Of a DNA stretch of 64,000 bases, positions 10,372 through 19,529 are shown one piece after another. A program made the translations under genes and the position numbers. The DNA comes from an uncultured Verrucomicrobiota bacterium. GTDB lineage: Bacteria; Verrucomicrobiota; Kiritimatiellia; CAIQIC01; Lenti-01. Where the stretch lies: contig CALMNW010000034.1 in the NCBI GenBank assembly GCA_937872095.1, positions 20,107 to 84,106 of the forward strand. Direction: 5' to 3'. The number at the start of each line of letters is the position of its first letter. Position 1 is the stretch's first letter. The notes below the pieces were generated by a model, which was not told the DNA's origin, searched no databases, and saw only the letters and a list, made by a program, of their open reading frames with translations.

Positions 10372-10946
10372 GCTGGCTGGGTGTCCTCTATGAAAAGATC
10401 GCGCGCCGGCCGGCGCCGAAATGGCTGCGGCGAAACGGGCCGTTCGCGCTGGCGTGGAAGGCGCTGCGCAAATGGCTGTGCGTGTCCGTGATTCCCTTTA
10501 TCCCGTTCAACGGCCTGCGGGTCTGGGCGTACCGCCGCATCGGGTTCCAGATCGGCCGCCGCGTGTTCATCGGCATGCAGTGCTATCTGGACGATCTCCA
10601 TCCGCAGCGCATGGCGATCGAAGACGACGTCGTGGTCAGCTATCGCGTCACGTTCGCCTGCCACGGCCCCCGCACGCGGGACCATCGCCTGATCCTGCGG
10701 CAAGGATCCTACGTCGGAACGAACGCGACCTTGCTGGGCGGATGCCTGCACGGCGACGTCGAGATCGGTCCCTATGCCACGGTGGGGGCGTGCGCCTTGG
10801 TGACCAAGAGCGTACCGCCGCTGGCGACCGTCGTGGGCATTCCCGCGAAGGTCGTCCGGACCGGCCGTACGCCCTGGGAGGCCGACGACGGACGCGCCGA
10901 AGAACTTCGCCAGAAATATCTGCATCCGACGGAAGGCGCTTCTTGA
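10368..10946 (+). CDS. Hexapeptide-repeat (left-handed beta-helix) acetyltransferase, WcaF/maltose-O-acetyltransferase-like
   Basis: ATGA overlap start. Repeated [LIV]-G-x4 hexapeptides: IGRRVFIGMQCYL...YVGTNATLLGGCLHGDVEIGPYATVGACALVTKSVPPLATVVGIPAKV. Confidence 0.7.
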   Translation: MSWLGVLYEKIARRPAPKWLRRNGPFALAWKALRKWLCVSVIPFIPFNGLRVWAYRRIGFQIGRRVFIGMQCYLDDLHPQRMAIEDDVVVSYRVTFACHGPRTRDHRLILRQGSYVGTNATLLGGCLHGDVEIGPYATVGACALVTKSVPPLATVVGIPAKVVRTGRTPWEADDGRAEELRQKYLHPTEGAS

Positions 10947-11884
10947 CGGAAACGGTTCCAGCTCGTTCCCGCTGGCCGGACGGGCGACCGTTCGCCTTGT
11001 TCCTGTCGCACGACGTGGACCAGATCCACGACCGCGAACTGTTCCGGGTGCTGGCCGATCTCAACCATGTCCGCCGCATCTGGACGCAGGGGGAGAAAGG
11101 GGACGTCGCGCTGGCGCTGCGGCGCGTGGCCCGCGCGCTGGTCGCGCCCAAGCCGGCGGAAAAGGATTTTGGAACGATCTTGGAGATCGAGGCCCGGCAC
11201 GGTTTCCGGTCCACGTTTTTCGTCTTGCACGATCCCTATTGGAGCCGGAACGGTCCGCGCTATCGGCTGACCTGTCCCGAAATCCGGCGCATCGCGGATC
11301 TGGTCCGCGGCGCCGGTTGCGAAATCGGCCTGCACGGCGGATATTTGCGGTTCAACCAGGCGGACGGCTATCGGGAAAGCCGCGCGGCCTTGCGCGACGC
11401 GCTGGGCGTGGATGCCGTCGGCATCCGGAACCATTTCCTGCGCTTTTCGGGCGCGGAGACCTGGGCGGCGCAGGAAGCCGCCGGTTTTCGCTACGACGCC
11501 ACTTTCGGATGGGCCGACCAACTCGGGCCGCGCGATGGACAACGGCTGCCGTTCGTGCCGGCCGGGCGGTCGATCCTCGAATTGCCCCTGACGGTCATGG
11601 ACGTGACCTTGTTCCGGAATCTCGGATTGGCGGGCGAGGCCGCCTTGGACGCCGCCTGGCGGGCCATCGAACCCGTGGTCCAGGCCGGCGGCTTGGTGAC
11701 GCTGCTTTGGCACAACAACTACTTCAACGAACCCGAATATCGCGATTGGCAGTGGACCTACGAACGGCTGCTGGAACGCCTGGCGGCCCTGAAGCCATGG
11801 TGCGCGACCGGCGTGGAAATAGAAAACCACTGGCGCGCGGTTGCGGAAAATAGCGCTTTGGACGCGCCTCAAGCGTCGGTATGA
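10943..11884 (+). CDS. Polysaccharide-deacetylase-like (CE4/DUF3473-like) protein
   Basis: Probable TTG start overlapping the upstream stop (TTGA). Motifs FLSHDVDQIHD...RSTFFVL...EIGLHGGY resemble NodB-homology/CE4-like deacetylases. Start assignment is uncertain. Confidence 0.45.
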   Translation: MTETVPARSRWPDGRPFALFLSHDVDQIHDRELFRVLADLNHVRRIWTQGEKGDVALALRRVARALVAPKPAEKDFGTILEIEARHGFRSTFFVLHDPYWSRNGPRYRLTCPEIRRIADLVRGAGCEIGLHGGYLRFNQADGYRESRAALRDALGVDAVGIRNHFLRFSGAETWAAQEAAGFRYDATFGWADQLGPRDGQRLPFVPAGRSILELPLTVMDVTLFRNLGLAGEAALDAAWRAIEPVVQAGGLVTLLWHNNYFNEPEYRDWQWTYERLLERLAALKPWCATGVEIENHWRAVAENSALDAPQASV

Positions 11885-13725
11885 TGTCTCCCATGGGTAA
11901 TGCGATCATCGCCATCTTGCTGGGCGGCGCTACGGCCGTCTTCCTGTTGAGCAAGAGCCTTTTCTTGGCGCCGTACCGGGCCGGTAATGCGCTGGTCTTG
12001 GCGAATCTCGTCTATGAAGTGGCCGAGCGCAAGGTAAAGCTCGGTCGCACCGCGCTGGATGCGGTTCTCTGGTTTGCGCTGGTCGCGGGCTTTGGCCTGT
12101 GGGGCGGGGGCTGGGCCGCCGCGACGGCCGCCGTCTTGCTGGGCCTCGTCTGGATCGGCTATCTGCACGTGGATGCGGAATGGAAGGCCGGCCGATTGGC
12201 GCGGCAAAGCACGGAAACGGCCGGCCGCGTGCCGTTGCCGATTCCGCGGCTGATCGTCTGTATCCGCGGCCCGGTGCTGGAACGCGGTCGCGCGGAAGAC
12301 GATCTCGGGGACTGGCCCGAGCGGTGGGCGGAGCGCTTCGAGGTGGTCGTGTTGAATCCCAGTCCGGTGCCCGCCCAATTGCCGGTGGAAGTCCATGTCG
12401 TTTCCTCCAGCGTGCAACTCGAAGTGTCGGGCACGGGCGGCGGCGAACTGCCGCCGCCGGCCTCCGGCGAAATCGTCGCCATGAAGTTCGGCTTGCGCGC
12501 AGCCGGCAGCGGGCCGGGCGGCGAGGTTCGCGTGCACGTGCAGCACGGCGATTTCCACTACCGCCGGACCTTGCGCGTGCGGTCGATCGTGCCGCGCAGC
12601 CAGATCGCCGTCCGCAAGGCGGCGATCCGCCGCTGGAAAGGCGGCGCGCACGGGGCGTTCGTCTGGCGCGGCGACCAGGACCTTTACGATCCGGCCACGT
12701 TCCAGTCGGCGGACGGCTTGCGCCACGTGCTCGGCTTGGCCCGACGTTTCCGCATGCCGAACAGCCTGATGCTGTCGGCGCGCCTGAGCCTGGTGCCGGA
12801 AGAGCACCGGGCGTTCTGCGAGCGCTTCGGCTGGGACCGCAAGACAGGCGAAATTCCGGCGTTCATCCGGTTCCTGCGCGAGGAGGTGGACAAATCCCTG
12901 GAGCAGGAATGGCCGGTTTCGACGGACAAGCCGTACGCCGCGGAAATCGGCAACCATTTCTACCTGCACTACGGCACGCATGCCGCGGCCGCCGAAGGCA
13001 ACGGCTGGAAGAGCCATGCCGGCATCGGGGCCGGTCATTATTCCTGGTTCAGCCGCAATCCGATGGACTCCTTCCTCGAGCAGCGCGACAACGCCCTGAA
13101 GGGCAGCCAGGTCTTGAAAGACGCACTGGGCTCCGCGCCTGCCAGCTTCACGATCCCGAGCGACGTGTTCGACGGCGAGACCGCCCGGGCCATGGAAGCG
13201 GCCGGGTTGGAAGTCGGTTCCGAAACCGACACGCCGAAATGGGAAAAGCTGGTGCATTTGCCGCCGCCGCACCATCCCGCCGGTTGCGAACGGTTCGTGG
13301 AATTGCCGCGCATGCATCCGCGCGATCCCGAAAACGCCGGACAGGTCGCGATGCTGAAGTATTGGGTCGGCGCCGCGCGTCGCACGGGACGGGCGCTGGT
13401 CTTTCTGGCCCACCACCACCTGATGCGCTACCGCGGCAACGAAAGCGCGGCGCTGGTCGAAACCTTCCTGCATCATGTGCTGGCCGACCAGCAGGGCGAT
13501 CTGTATGTCGGCACGCTGACGGCCGTGGGCCGCTACTGGCGCGACGTGCTCAGCCCGCGCACGCGCTGCGTGCAGACGTCGTCGTCGGGCAATCGCGTTT
13601 CCGTCGCGAACGGCGGGTCCCGGCCGTTCGCGGCCTTGCCGCTGGAGATCGATCTCGGCGGCGGCAAGCGCCATCTGCGGCTGGTGGACGTGTCGGCGAA
13701 TTCAACCTTGGATCTGGAGGTCTGA
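11881..13725 (+). CDS. Membrane-anchored polysaccharide-deacetylase-like protein (paralogue A; paralogue B at 16193..17974)
   Basis: Two N-terminal TM helices, a beta-rich middle and a C-terminal region AFVWRGDQDLYD...EIGNHFYLHYGTHAAAAEGNGWKSHAGIGAGHYSW...LPPPHHP. The C-terminal region aligns residue-by-residue with the 16193 protein. Confidence 0.55.
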   Translation: MMSPMGNAIIAILLGGATAVFLLSKSLFLAPYRAGNALVLANLVYEVAERKVKLGRTALDAVLWFALVAGFGLWGGGWAAATAAVLLGLVWIGYLHVDAEWKAGRLARQSTETAGRVPLPIPRLIVCIRGPVLERGRAEDDLGDWPERWAERFEVVVLNPSPVPAQLPVEVHVVSSSVQLEVSGTGGGELPPPASGEIVAMKFGLRAAGSGPGGEVRVHVQHGDFHYRRTLRVRSIVPRSQIAVRKAAIRRWKGGAHGAFVWRGDQDLYDPATFQSADGLRHVLGLARRFRMPNSLMLSARLSLVPEEHRAFCERFGWDRKTGEIPAFIRFLREEVDKSLEQEWPVSTDKPYAAEIGNHFYLHYGTHAAAAEGNGWKSHAGIGAGHYSWFSRNPMDSFLEQRDNALKGSQVLKDALGSAPASFTIPSDVFDGETARAMEAAGLEVGSETDTPKWEKLVHLPPPHHPAGCERFVELPRMHPRDPENAGQVAMLKYWVGAARRTGRALVFLAHHHLMRYRGNESAALVETFLHHVLADQQGDLYVGTLTAVGRYWRDVLSPRTRCVQTSSSGNRVSVANGGSRPFAALPLEIDLGGGKRHLRLVDVSANSTLDLEV

Positions 13726-13726
13726 C

Positions 13727-14920
13727 ATGGACAAGGACCCGAAACATCCGCCGGTTTTGTTGCTGGGTGCCGACGAAAACGAAAGCCTGCCGATCTTGGC
13801 GAACCTGCATCGGCACGGCGTGCCGATCGCGGCGGCCGCGCCGCGGCGGCTCAGCATGGGCCTGTTTTCGCGCTATCCGTTCCGGAAACTCCTTTCGCCC
13901 GATCCCAACGCGGAACCGGAGAAATTCGTCGATTGGGTGGAACAGACGGTGAAGGGCGGGGAGTATCCCGTCACGCTGGTTTGCGGCGAAACCGCGACCT
14001 GGCTGATGGCGCAGGCGCGGGAACGGCTGGCGCCCTACACGCGGCTGCCGCTGGTGGACATGGACAAGTTCTACCTGTGCCGCGACAAATCGAAGACGAT
14101 GAAGGAAGCCGCGCGGCTGGGAATTCCCACCCCGAAAACCTGGTATCCGGACGACGTGGGCATCGACGCCGTCGCCGCGGAAATCCCGGCCTATCCCGTG
14201 GTGCTGAAGCCCTGCATCAGCAATGGCGCGCGGGGCATCCGCTATCCGCAAGACGCGGAGGAACTGAAAGCGGCCTATGTCGCGACGCGTGCGGAATACC
14301 AAGCGTGCATCGTGCAGGAATTCGTTCCGCATTCGGGCATGCAGTACAAGGCGGAGGTCATTCTCGACGCGGCCCGGGCGTCGGTTTGCGGGGGCGTCTA
14401 CGACAAGCCGCGGTTCTATCCGCCCACCGGCGGCTCCAGCACGCTCAATTCGACGGTGGACCGGCCCGACATCCTCGATTACGCCACCCGTTTCCTGCAG
14501 GGCATCGGCTGGTATGGAATGGGGGATTGCGATTTCATCTTGGATCCGCGCGACAACGTGCCGAAGCTGATGGAAGTGAATCCGCGCTTCACGCGCAGCA
14601 TCAAGATCCTGGTCGAAGCGGGGCTGGAATATCCGTATCTGCTGTACCGCTTGGCGCTGGGGCTGCCCATCGAACCGCAGTTCGACTACCAGAAGGGCCT
14701 GTATCTGCGCTATTTCCTGAGCGATTGCGTTTGGTTCCTGCGCTCCAAGAATCGCTTCAAGGCCAAACCGAGCTTCTTCTGGTTCTTCGGCCGGAACCTG
14801 CGCGACGAAATCTTTTCGTGGGCGGATCCGCTGCCGACGGTCGCGTTCGTCGTGGTGTTTTTCTCGCGCCTGCTGAACGCCAAGTCCCGCCAGGCCATGC
14901 TGCGGACCAAGACGAAATAG
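13727..14920 (+). CDS. ATP-grasp domain protein
   Basis: YPVVLKPCISNGARGI...LMEVNPRFTRS is the ATP-grasp signature. Second ATP-grasp enzyme of the locus. Confidence 0.7.
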   Translation: MDKDPKHPPVLLLGADENESLPILANLHRHGVPIAAAAPRRLSMGLFSRYPFRKLLSPDPNAEPEKFVDWVEQTVKGGEYPVTLVCGETATWLMAQARERLAPYTRLPLVDMDKFYLCRDKSKTMKEAARLGIPTPKTWYPDDVGIDAVAAEIPAYPVVLKPCISNGARGIRYPQDAEELKAAYVATRAEYQACIVQEFVPHSGMQYKAEVILDAARASVCGGVYDKPRFYPPTGGSSTLNSTVDRPDILDYATRFLQGIGWYGMGDCDFILDPRDNVPKLMEVNPRFTRSIKILVEAGLEYPYLLYRLALGLPIEPQFDYQKGLYLRYFLSDCVWFLRSKNRFKAKPSFFWFFGRNLRDEIFSWADPLPTVAFVVVFFSRLLNAKSRQAMLRTKTK

Positions 14921-14945
14921 CGAACGGAACCGGCGCCGGCCCGAC

Positions 14946-16196
14946 ATGCGCATCCTCTACGTCCATCAATTTTTCGCCGGACCCGACGCGCCGGGGCCGG
15001 CCCAGCCGCGGGCGCTGGTCCGGCGGTTGGCCGAACGCGGCCACGCGGTGGACGTGGTCGCGTGCGATCTCAATGCCTACAACGAGCAGATCGAACCCGA
15101 GGAGGCCTTCGACGTGCCGGGCGGCGGGTCGGTGCGCGTGTACCGCTTGCCGACGTCGCGCAACCTGCGCGCCAGCCTGGTGAATCGCCTGAAGACCTAC
15201 GGACGCTTCGCCTGGGCAGCGTACCGGTTCGGACGCCGGTTGCCGAAGCCCGACGTCGTCATGGCCAGCATTCAGCCGTTGTTCGGCGGATTCGCCGCCT
15301 ATCGGCTCGCGCGGCGCTGGCGCCGGCCGTTCCTGCTGGAAATCCGCGATCTCTGGCCGGACGCGCTCGTGGTCAAGAAGGCGATTTCCAGATGGCAGGC
15401 GGCGCCGCTCGAGGCGCTGGCGCGCGCGATGTATTTCGGCGCGGATCGCGTGGCCTGCCTGACGCCCGGTCTCAAGCGGGAAATCCTCGGCAAGGGCGTG
15501 CCGGTCGAACGCGTGGACGTGTTTCCGAACGGATTCGAGGAATCGTTCTTCCGGCTGGAGCCGGACACCCGCGATAAAATGCGCGCGGAGCTCGGGTGGG
15601 GCGATTCCTTCGTGGCGGTCTACACGGGCACGCACACGGAAGTGACCGCCGTCGAAACGATCGTGCGCGCGGCGCAAGCCCTGCGGTCGCGACGCGATAT
15701 CCGCATCGATCTGTTCGGCACGGGCCAAACCAAACCCAAGGCGATCGCGCTCGCCAAGGAACTCGGCCTGGACAACGTCCATTTCCACGATCCGGTGCCG
15801 AAGACGAAAGTGCCGGCCATTTTGGCGGCGGCCGACGCCGGCTTGATGACGCTTTTCCGCAGCCCGCTGATCCACATCTATTTCGAAAACAAGTTCATCG
15901 ACTACATGGGCTCGCGCCTGCCGATCCTGGCGGCGATGGAGGGCCTTCAGGCCGATTTGATCCGGCGCAGCGGCGCGGGCGAAGTCGTGCCCGCCTTCGA
16001 CCACGAAGGCCTCGCGCGAGCCATCGCGGCTGCCGCGGACCACCCGGAGAAGCGCCGCGAGATGGGCGCCGCCGGCCACCGGTTCATTTCCGAACAGCTC
16101 GCGCAGCGCTCGATCCTGGATCGTTACGCGGAGACGCTCGAAGCGTTGGCGCGCGGCGAAATCGGCGACCGGCCGACATGGGATCCGTTTCCATGA
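14946..16196 (+). CDS. Glycosyltransferase family 4
   Basis: MRILYVHQFF N-terminus and GT-B fold; C-terminal region FIDYMGSRLPILAAMEGLQADLIRRSGAGEVV. Confidence 0.7.
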   Translation: MRILYVHQFFAGPDAPGPAQPRALVRRLAERGHAVDVVACDLNAYNEQIEPEEAFDVPGGGSVRVYRLPTSRNLRASLVNRLKTYGRFAWAAYRFGRRLPKPDVVMASIQPLFGGFAAYRLARRWRRPFLLEIRDLWPDALVVKKAISRWQAAPLEALARAMYFGADRVACLTPGLKREILGKGVPVERVDVFPNGFEESFFRLEPDTRDKMRAELGWGDSFVAVYTGTHTEVTAVETIVRAAQALRSRRDIRIDLFGTGQTKPKAIALAKELGLDNVHFHDPVPKTKVPAILAAADAGLMTLFRSPLIHIYFENKFIDYMGSRLPILAAMEGLQADLIRRSGAGEVVPAFDHEGLARAIAAAADHPEKRREMGAAGHRFISEQLAQRSILDRYAETLEALARGEIGDRPTWDPFP

Positions 16197-17974
16197 ATCC
16201 GGGACTGACAGCGGTCGGCGGGATGTTGGCGGCGGCGGTGGCGTTGCCGCGCTTGCTGTTCTTGGCTCCGTTCCGCGTCGGCTGGGCGATGTACCTGGCC
16301 AACGTGGGCTGGGAAATCTTGCCCAAGAAACTGGGCGTAGGGCGCTTCCGGCTGGAAGCCGTCGCGGCGGCAGCGGGGCTGGCCTTGTTGGCTTTCGGCG
16401 GCGCATCGTGGGGCGTGGTTGCGGTAGTCGGCGGCCTGCTGCTGATTCTGGAAATGGCCAACCACCGGTGGGAAAAACGCCTGGTGTTCGGTCCTGTTCC
16501 CGCGGACGCGATCTTGACGCTGGAAGCCCCGTTCGTGGCGCGCTGGCCACAGTATTCTCTGGGCGTGCGCTGGATCGGCATGCCGTTCGATCTGGAACTG
16601 ATTGCGGTCAATCCGGGGCCGGAAGCCGCCACCTTGCGCGTGCGCTTGGAAGCGCCGGCGGAATGGCTGGACGGCGCCGTACCGGAACAAGCGATTTCAC
16701 TCGATCCGATGGGCGGCGTGGGGCGCGCGAAATGGAGCTTGTGTCCGCGAACGCGCCAAGGCGGCGGGGGCCTGGAACTCGTCGTGGAAGTAAGCGGTTG
16801 GTCCCGGCGCATCCGCATCGCGCACGACGGCTGCCTGCCGCCGGCGGAAGCCCGGCCGGTGCGGGCGTCGATTTCCCGCTATCCGGGCGGTCGGCGCAGC
16901 GCCTTCGTCTGGCGCGGGGACATGGATCTGTACGACGTGCGGACATTCCAGTCGATCGCCGGGCTGGAAACGGCGCTGGGGCTGTCGGCGCGGTATGCTT
17001 TTCCGCAGACGATGTGCCTGTCCACGCGGCTGTCGTTCGACGAGGCTGCGGCGCGCGAATGGGCGGAGCACGAAGGCGCGGAAACCGGCGCGGCCGAGAT
17101 TCCGCGGTTCATCCAATGGCTGCGCGATAAGGTGGACTTGCGCCATGCCGCCGCCTTCCCGGCGCGCGGGGACGGCAAGCCGTATCTGCTGGAATTGGGC
17201 AACCACGGCCATCTGCACTACGACACGGCGGCGGCCGCGGCGCCCGAAAACGAATGGAAATCCCGCGCAAAAATGGGCGCGGGGCGCTATCCGTGGATGG
17301 GCGCGGACGCTTCGTCCTTCGGCGAGCAGCGCGACAACGTCTTGGAAGCGGCGCGCTGGTTCCAAAAGCTGCTGGGATACACTCCTCGGTCGTGGGCCAA
17401 GCCGGGGCGCTGCAACGACGCCGACACGGCGCGGGCGGCGGCGGTCGCCGGTTGCGAGGTGCTCAGCGGTTCGGATATCCGCGCGCGCGACAACGTGCTG
17501 TTCCAGCCGCCGCCGCACCATCCGGGCGGCACGGACGCCGTGGAATTGACTTCGCGCTATCCGCCCGATCCGCAGCATGTCCACCATTTCGCGATGCTGC
17601 GGTTCTGGCTGCATCGGTCCCGGCGCCTGGCGCGGCCGATGGTTTTCATGTGCCACCAGCACATGCGGCAATGGGAGGGCCGGGCCTGCGCGCGCTTCGC
17701 AGAGCACCTTCTGCGGACCGTTTTGGCGGATTTCCACGGCGACTTTTGCGTCGACACGCTGTTCGGCGTCGGCAAGTATTGGCGCGAGATCTTGAGCCCG
17801 CAGACGCGCCGGGCGAAGGTCGCGCTGGACGGTCGGCGTCTGTGGATCGAGAACCGCGGCGACGCGGATTTCGAGCGGGTGCCGGTGGATCTGGAACTGG
17901 CGAACGGCGGCCGGAGCACGGTGCTGGTTTCGGCGCGGAGCGGGCAGACGGTCGAATTGGATTGGCAGGAGTAG
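16193..17974 (+). CDS. Membrane-anchored polysaccharide-deacetylase-like protein (paralogue B)
   Basis: ATGA overlap start (MNPGLTAVGG...). Collinear similarity to 11881..13725: SAFVWRGDMDLYD / ELGNHGHLHYDTAAAAAPENEWKSRAKMGAGRYPW / QPPPHHPGG. Confidence 0.55.
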   Translation: MNPGLTAVGGMLAAAVALPRLLFLAPFRVGWAMYLANVGWEILPKKLGVGRFRLEAVAAAAGLALLAFGGASWGVVAVVGGLLLILEMANHRWEKRLVFGPVPADAILTLEAPFVARWPQYSLGVRWIGMPFDLELIAVNPGPEAATLRVRLEAPAEWLDGAVPEQAISLDPMGGVGRAKWSLCPRTRQGGGGLELVVEVSGWSRRIRIAHDGCLPPAEARPVRASISRYPGGRRSAFVWRGDMDLYDVRTFQSIAGLETALGLSARYAFPQTMCLSTRLSFDEAAAREWAEHEGAETGAAEIPRFIQWLRDKVDLRHAAAFPARGDGKPYLLELGNHGHLHYDTAAAAAPENEWKSRAKMGAGRYPWMGADASSFGEQRDNVLEAARWFQKLLGYTPRSWAKPGRCNDADTARAAAVAGCEVLSGSDIRARDNVLFQPPPHHPGGTDAVELTSRYPPDPQHVHHFAMLRFWLHRSRRLARPMVFMCHQHMRQWEGRACARFAEHLLRTVLADFHGDFCVDTLFGVGKYWREILSPQTRRAKVALDGRRLWIENRGDADFERVPVDLELANGGRSTVLVSARSGQTVELDWQE

Positions 17975-17979
17975 GCGAG

Positions 17980-18825
17980 ATGCCGTTGGTTTGCACAGTG
18001 GACGTCGAGGACTGGGCGCAGTCCACCCTCGACACGGAGTTGCCGATTTCGGACCGGGCCGGGCCCAACATGGAGCGCGTGCTCGATGTGCTGGCTGCGG
18101 AGAACGTCAAGGCCACCTGTTTCGTGCTGGGCAAGTTCGCCGAGAAATTTCCGGCATGCGTCAAGCGGATCGCGGCGGAAGGCCACGAGGTGGCTTCGCA
18201 CGGCTACGGGCACGTGGACGTGTTTCGGCTGTCGCCGACGCAGTTCCGGGAGGACGTGCGGCGTTCCAAGGGGCAGTTGGAAGCTCTGACGGGTGCGGCG
18301 GTGAAAGGCTATCGCGCGCCGGACTTTTCGATCGTGAAGGAATCGCTGTGGGCGTTCGACGTACTGGCGGAAGAGGGGTTTGCCTACGACGCCAGCATCA
18401 ATCCGGCGGTGCTGGCGCGATTCGGCGTGCCCGATTTCCCGGCCCAGCCGGTGCGCTTGGCGCTGGCAGGCGGCCGGAACCTGGTAGAACTGCCGGTGGC
18501 GACGTTGCCGGTGCTGGGGCGGAAGTTTCCCGTGGCGGGCGGGGGCTATCACCGTTTGCTGCCGTTTCCGGCCATTCGCTGGGTGGTGGAACGGTCGGTG
18601 CTGCTGGGCGAGGTGTTCATGGCCTACTGCCATCCGTACGAATTCGATCCGGACGAGTTCGCCCATTTGGGCTATCCGTTGCCGCTGAAAACCCGCCTGC
18701 ACCAAGGCTTGGGCCGGCGGGGCTTCGAAGGCAAGTTCCGGCGGATGCTGCGGGAATTCGAAACCACGTTGGCCATTCAGGTCGCGGAGCGGCCGGATTG
18801 GCCCGATCACCGGCTGGCGTTCTGA
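17980..18825 (+). CDS. Polysaccharide deacetylase of the XrtA/PEP-CTERM-locus subtype (CE4-like)
   Basis: ATG at 17980 lies 5 nt after the upstream stop; the long ORF 17254..18825 is an extension. The N-terminus MPLVCTVDVEDW matches the hallmark ...VDVEDYF start of exosortase-locus deacetylases. HGYGHVD and RAPDFS motifs are present. Confidence 0.65.
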   Translation: MPLVCTVDVEDWAQSTLDTELPISDRAGPNMERVLDVLAAENVKATCFVLGKFAEKFPACVKRIAAEGHEVASHGYGHVDVFRLSPTQFREDVRRSKGQLEALTGAAVKGYRAPDFSIVKESLWAFDVLAEEGFAYDASINPAVLARFGVPDFPAQPVRLALAGGRNLVELPVATLPVLGRKFPVAGGGYHRLLPFPAIRWVVERSVLLGEVFMAYCHPYEFDPDEFAHLGYPLPLKTRLHQGLGRRGFEGKFRRMLREFETTLAIQVAERPDWPDHRLAF

Positions 18826-19523
18826 TGGAAACCGCTTTGCGCAAGAGCTGGTCGATCCCCAAGCGCCTCTTCGATTTCGCGGTCGCGTTGGCGGGGCTGA
18901 TCGTATTGTCGCCGGTCATGCTCGTTTTGGCGGTTCTGGTGCGGGCGACGTCGCCCGGACCGGCGTTGTTCATCCAAGAGCGGGTCGGACGGCACGGCCG
19001 GGGGTTCCGTTGCGCGAAATTCCGGACCATGGGCGCGGGAGCGCAGGCGCAGGGCACCGTCACGACGGCGACCGATGCGCGGGTGACGCCGCTGGGACGC
19101 TGGCTGCGACGGTGGAAACTGGACGAGCTGCCGCAGCTGGGAAACGTGCTGGCGGGCCGGATGTCGTTCGTGGGGCCGCGGCCCGACGTGCCGGGCTACG
19201 CCGATCGGCTGCAGGGCGACGATCGCCGGATCCTCGAATTGCGCCCGGGCATCACAGGTCCGGCCACCTTGCTGTTTCGCGAGGAGGAACGCCTGTTGAC
19301 CTTGGCCCAAAACCCGCAGGCGTTCAACGACGCGGTGGTCTATCCCGAAAAAGTGCGCCTCAACCGCGAGTATCTGGAAACCGGCAATTTTGGACGCGAC
19401 CTGGGCTACGTCTTCGCGACGGTCTGGCCGGGATTGACGCGGCGGCTGGGGTGGGACGTGCGCCTGGGGCTGCGCTACGGCGAATTTTCCGCTCGCCTGG
19501 AGCGGGAAGCCGTGCGCTACTAG
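18825..19523 (+). CDS. Bacterial sugar transferase (polyprenyl-phosphate glycosyl-1-phosphate transferase, WbaP/EpsB C-terminal-domain type); priming enzyme
   Basis: ATGA overlap. One N-terminal TM helix followed by RVGRHGRGFRCAKFRTM...LDELPQLGNVLAGRMSFVGPRP, the canonical sugar-transferase signature. Confidence 0.75.
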   Translation: METALRKSWSIPKRLFDFAVALAGLIVLSPVMLVLAVLVRATSPGPALFIQERVGRHGRGFRCAKFRTMGAGAQAQGTVTTATDARVTPLGRWLRRWKLDELPQLGNVLAGRMSFVGPRPDVPGYADRLQGDDRRILELRPGITGPATLLFREEERLLTLAQNPQAFNDAVVYPEKVRLNREYLETGNFGRDLGYVFATVWPGLTRRLGWDVRLGLRYGEFSARLEREAVRY

Positions 19524-19529
19524 AGAGCG

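Noticed and set aside
17254-18825. 523-aa ORF upstream extension of the XrtA-type deacetylase
   Set aside because: The extension overlaps the 3' end of the 16193..17974 gene in another frame and is Arg/Gly-rich. The conserved deacetylase N-terminus MPLVCTVDVEDW begins at 17980.
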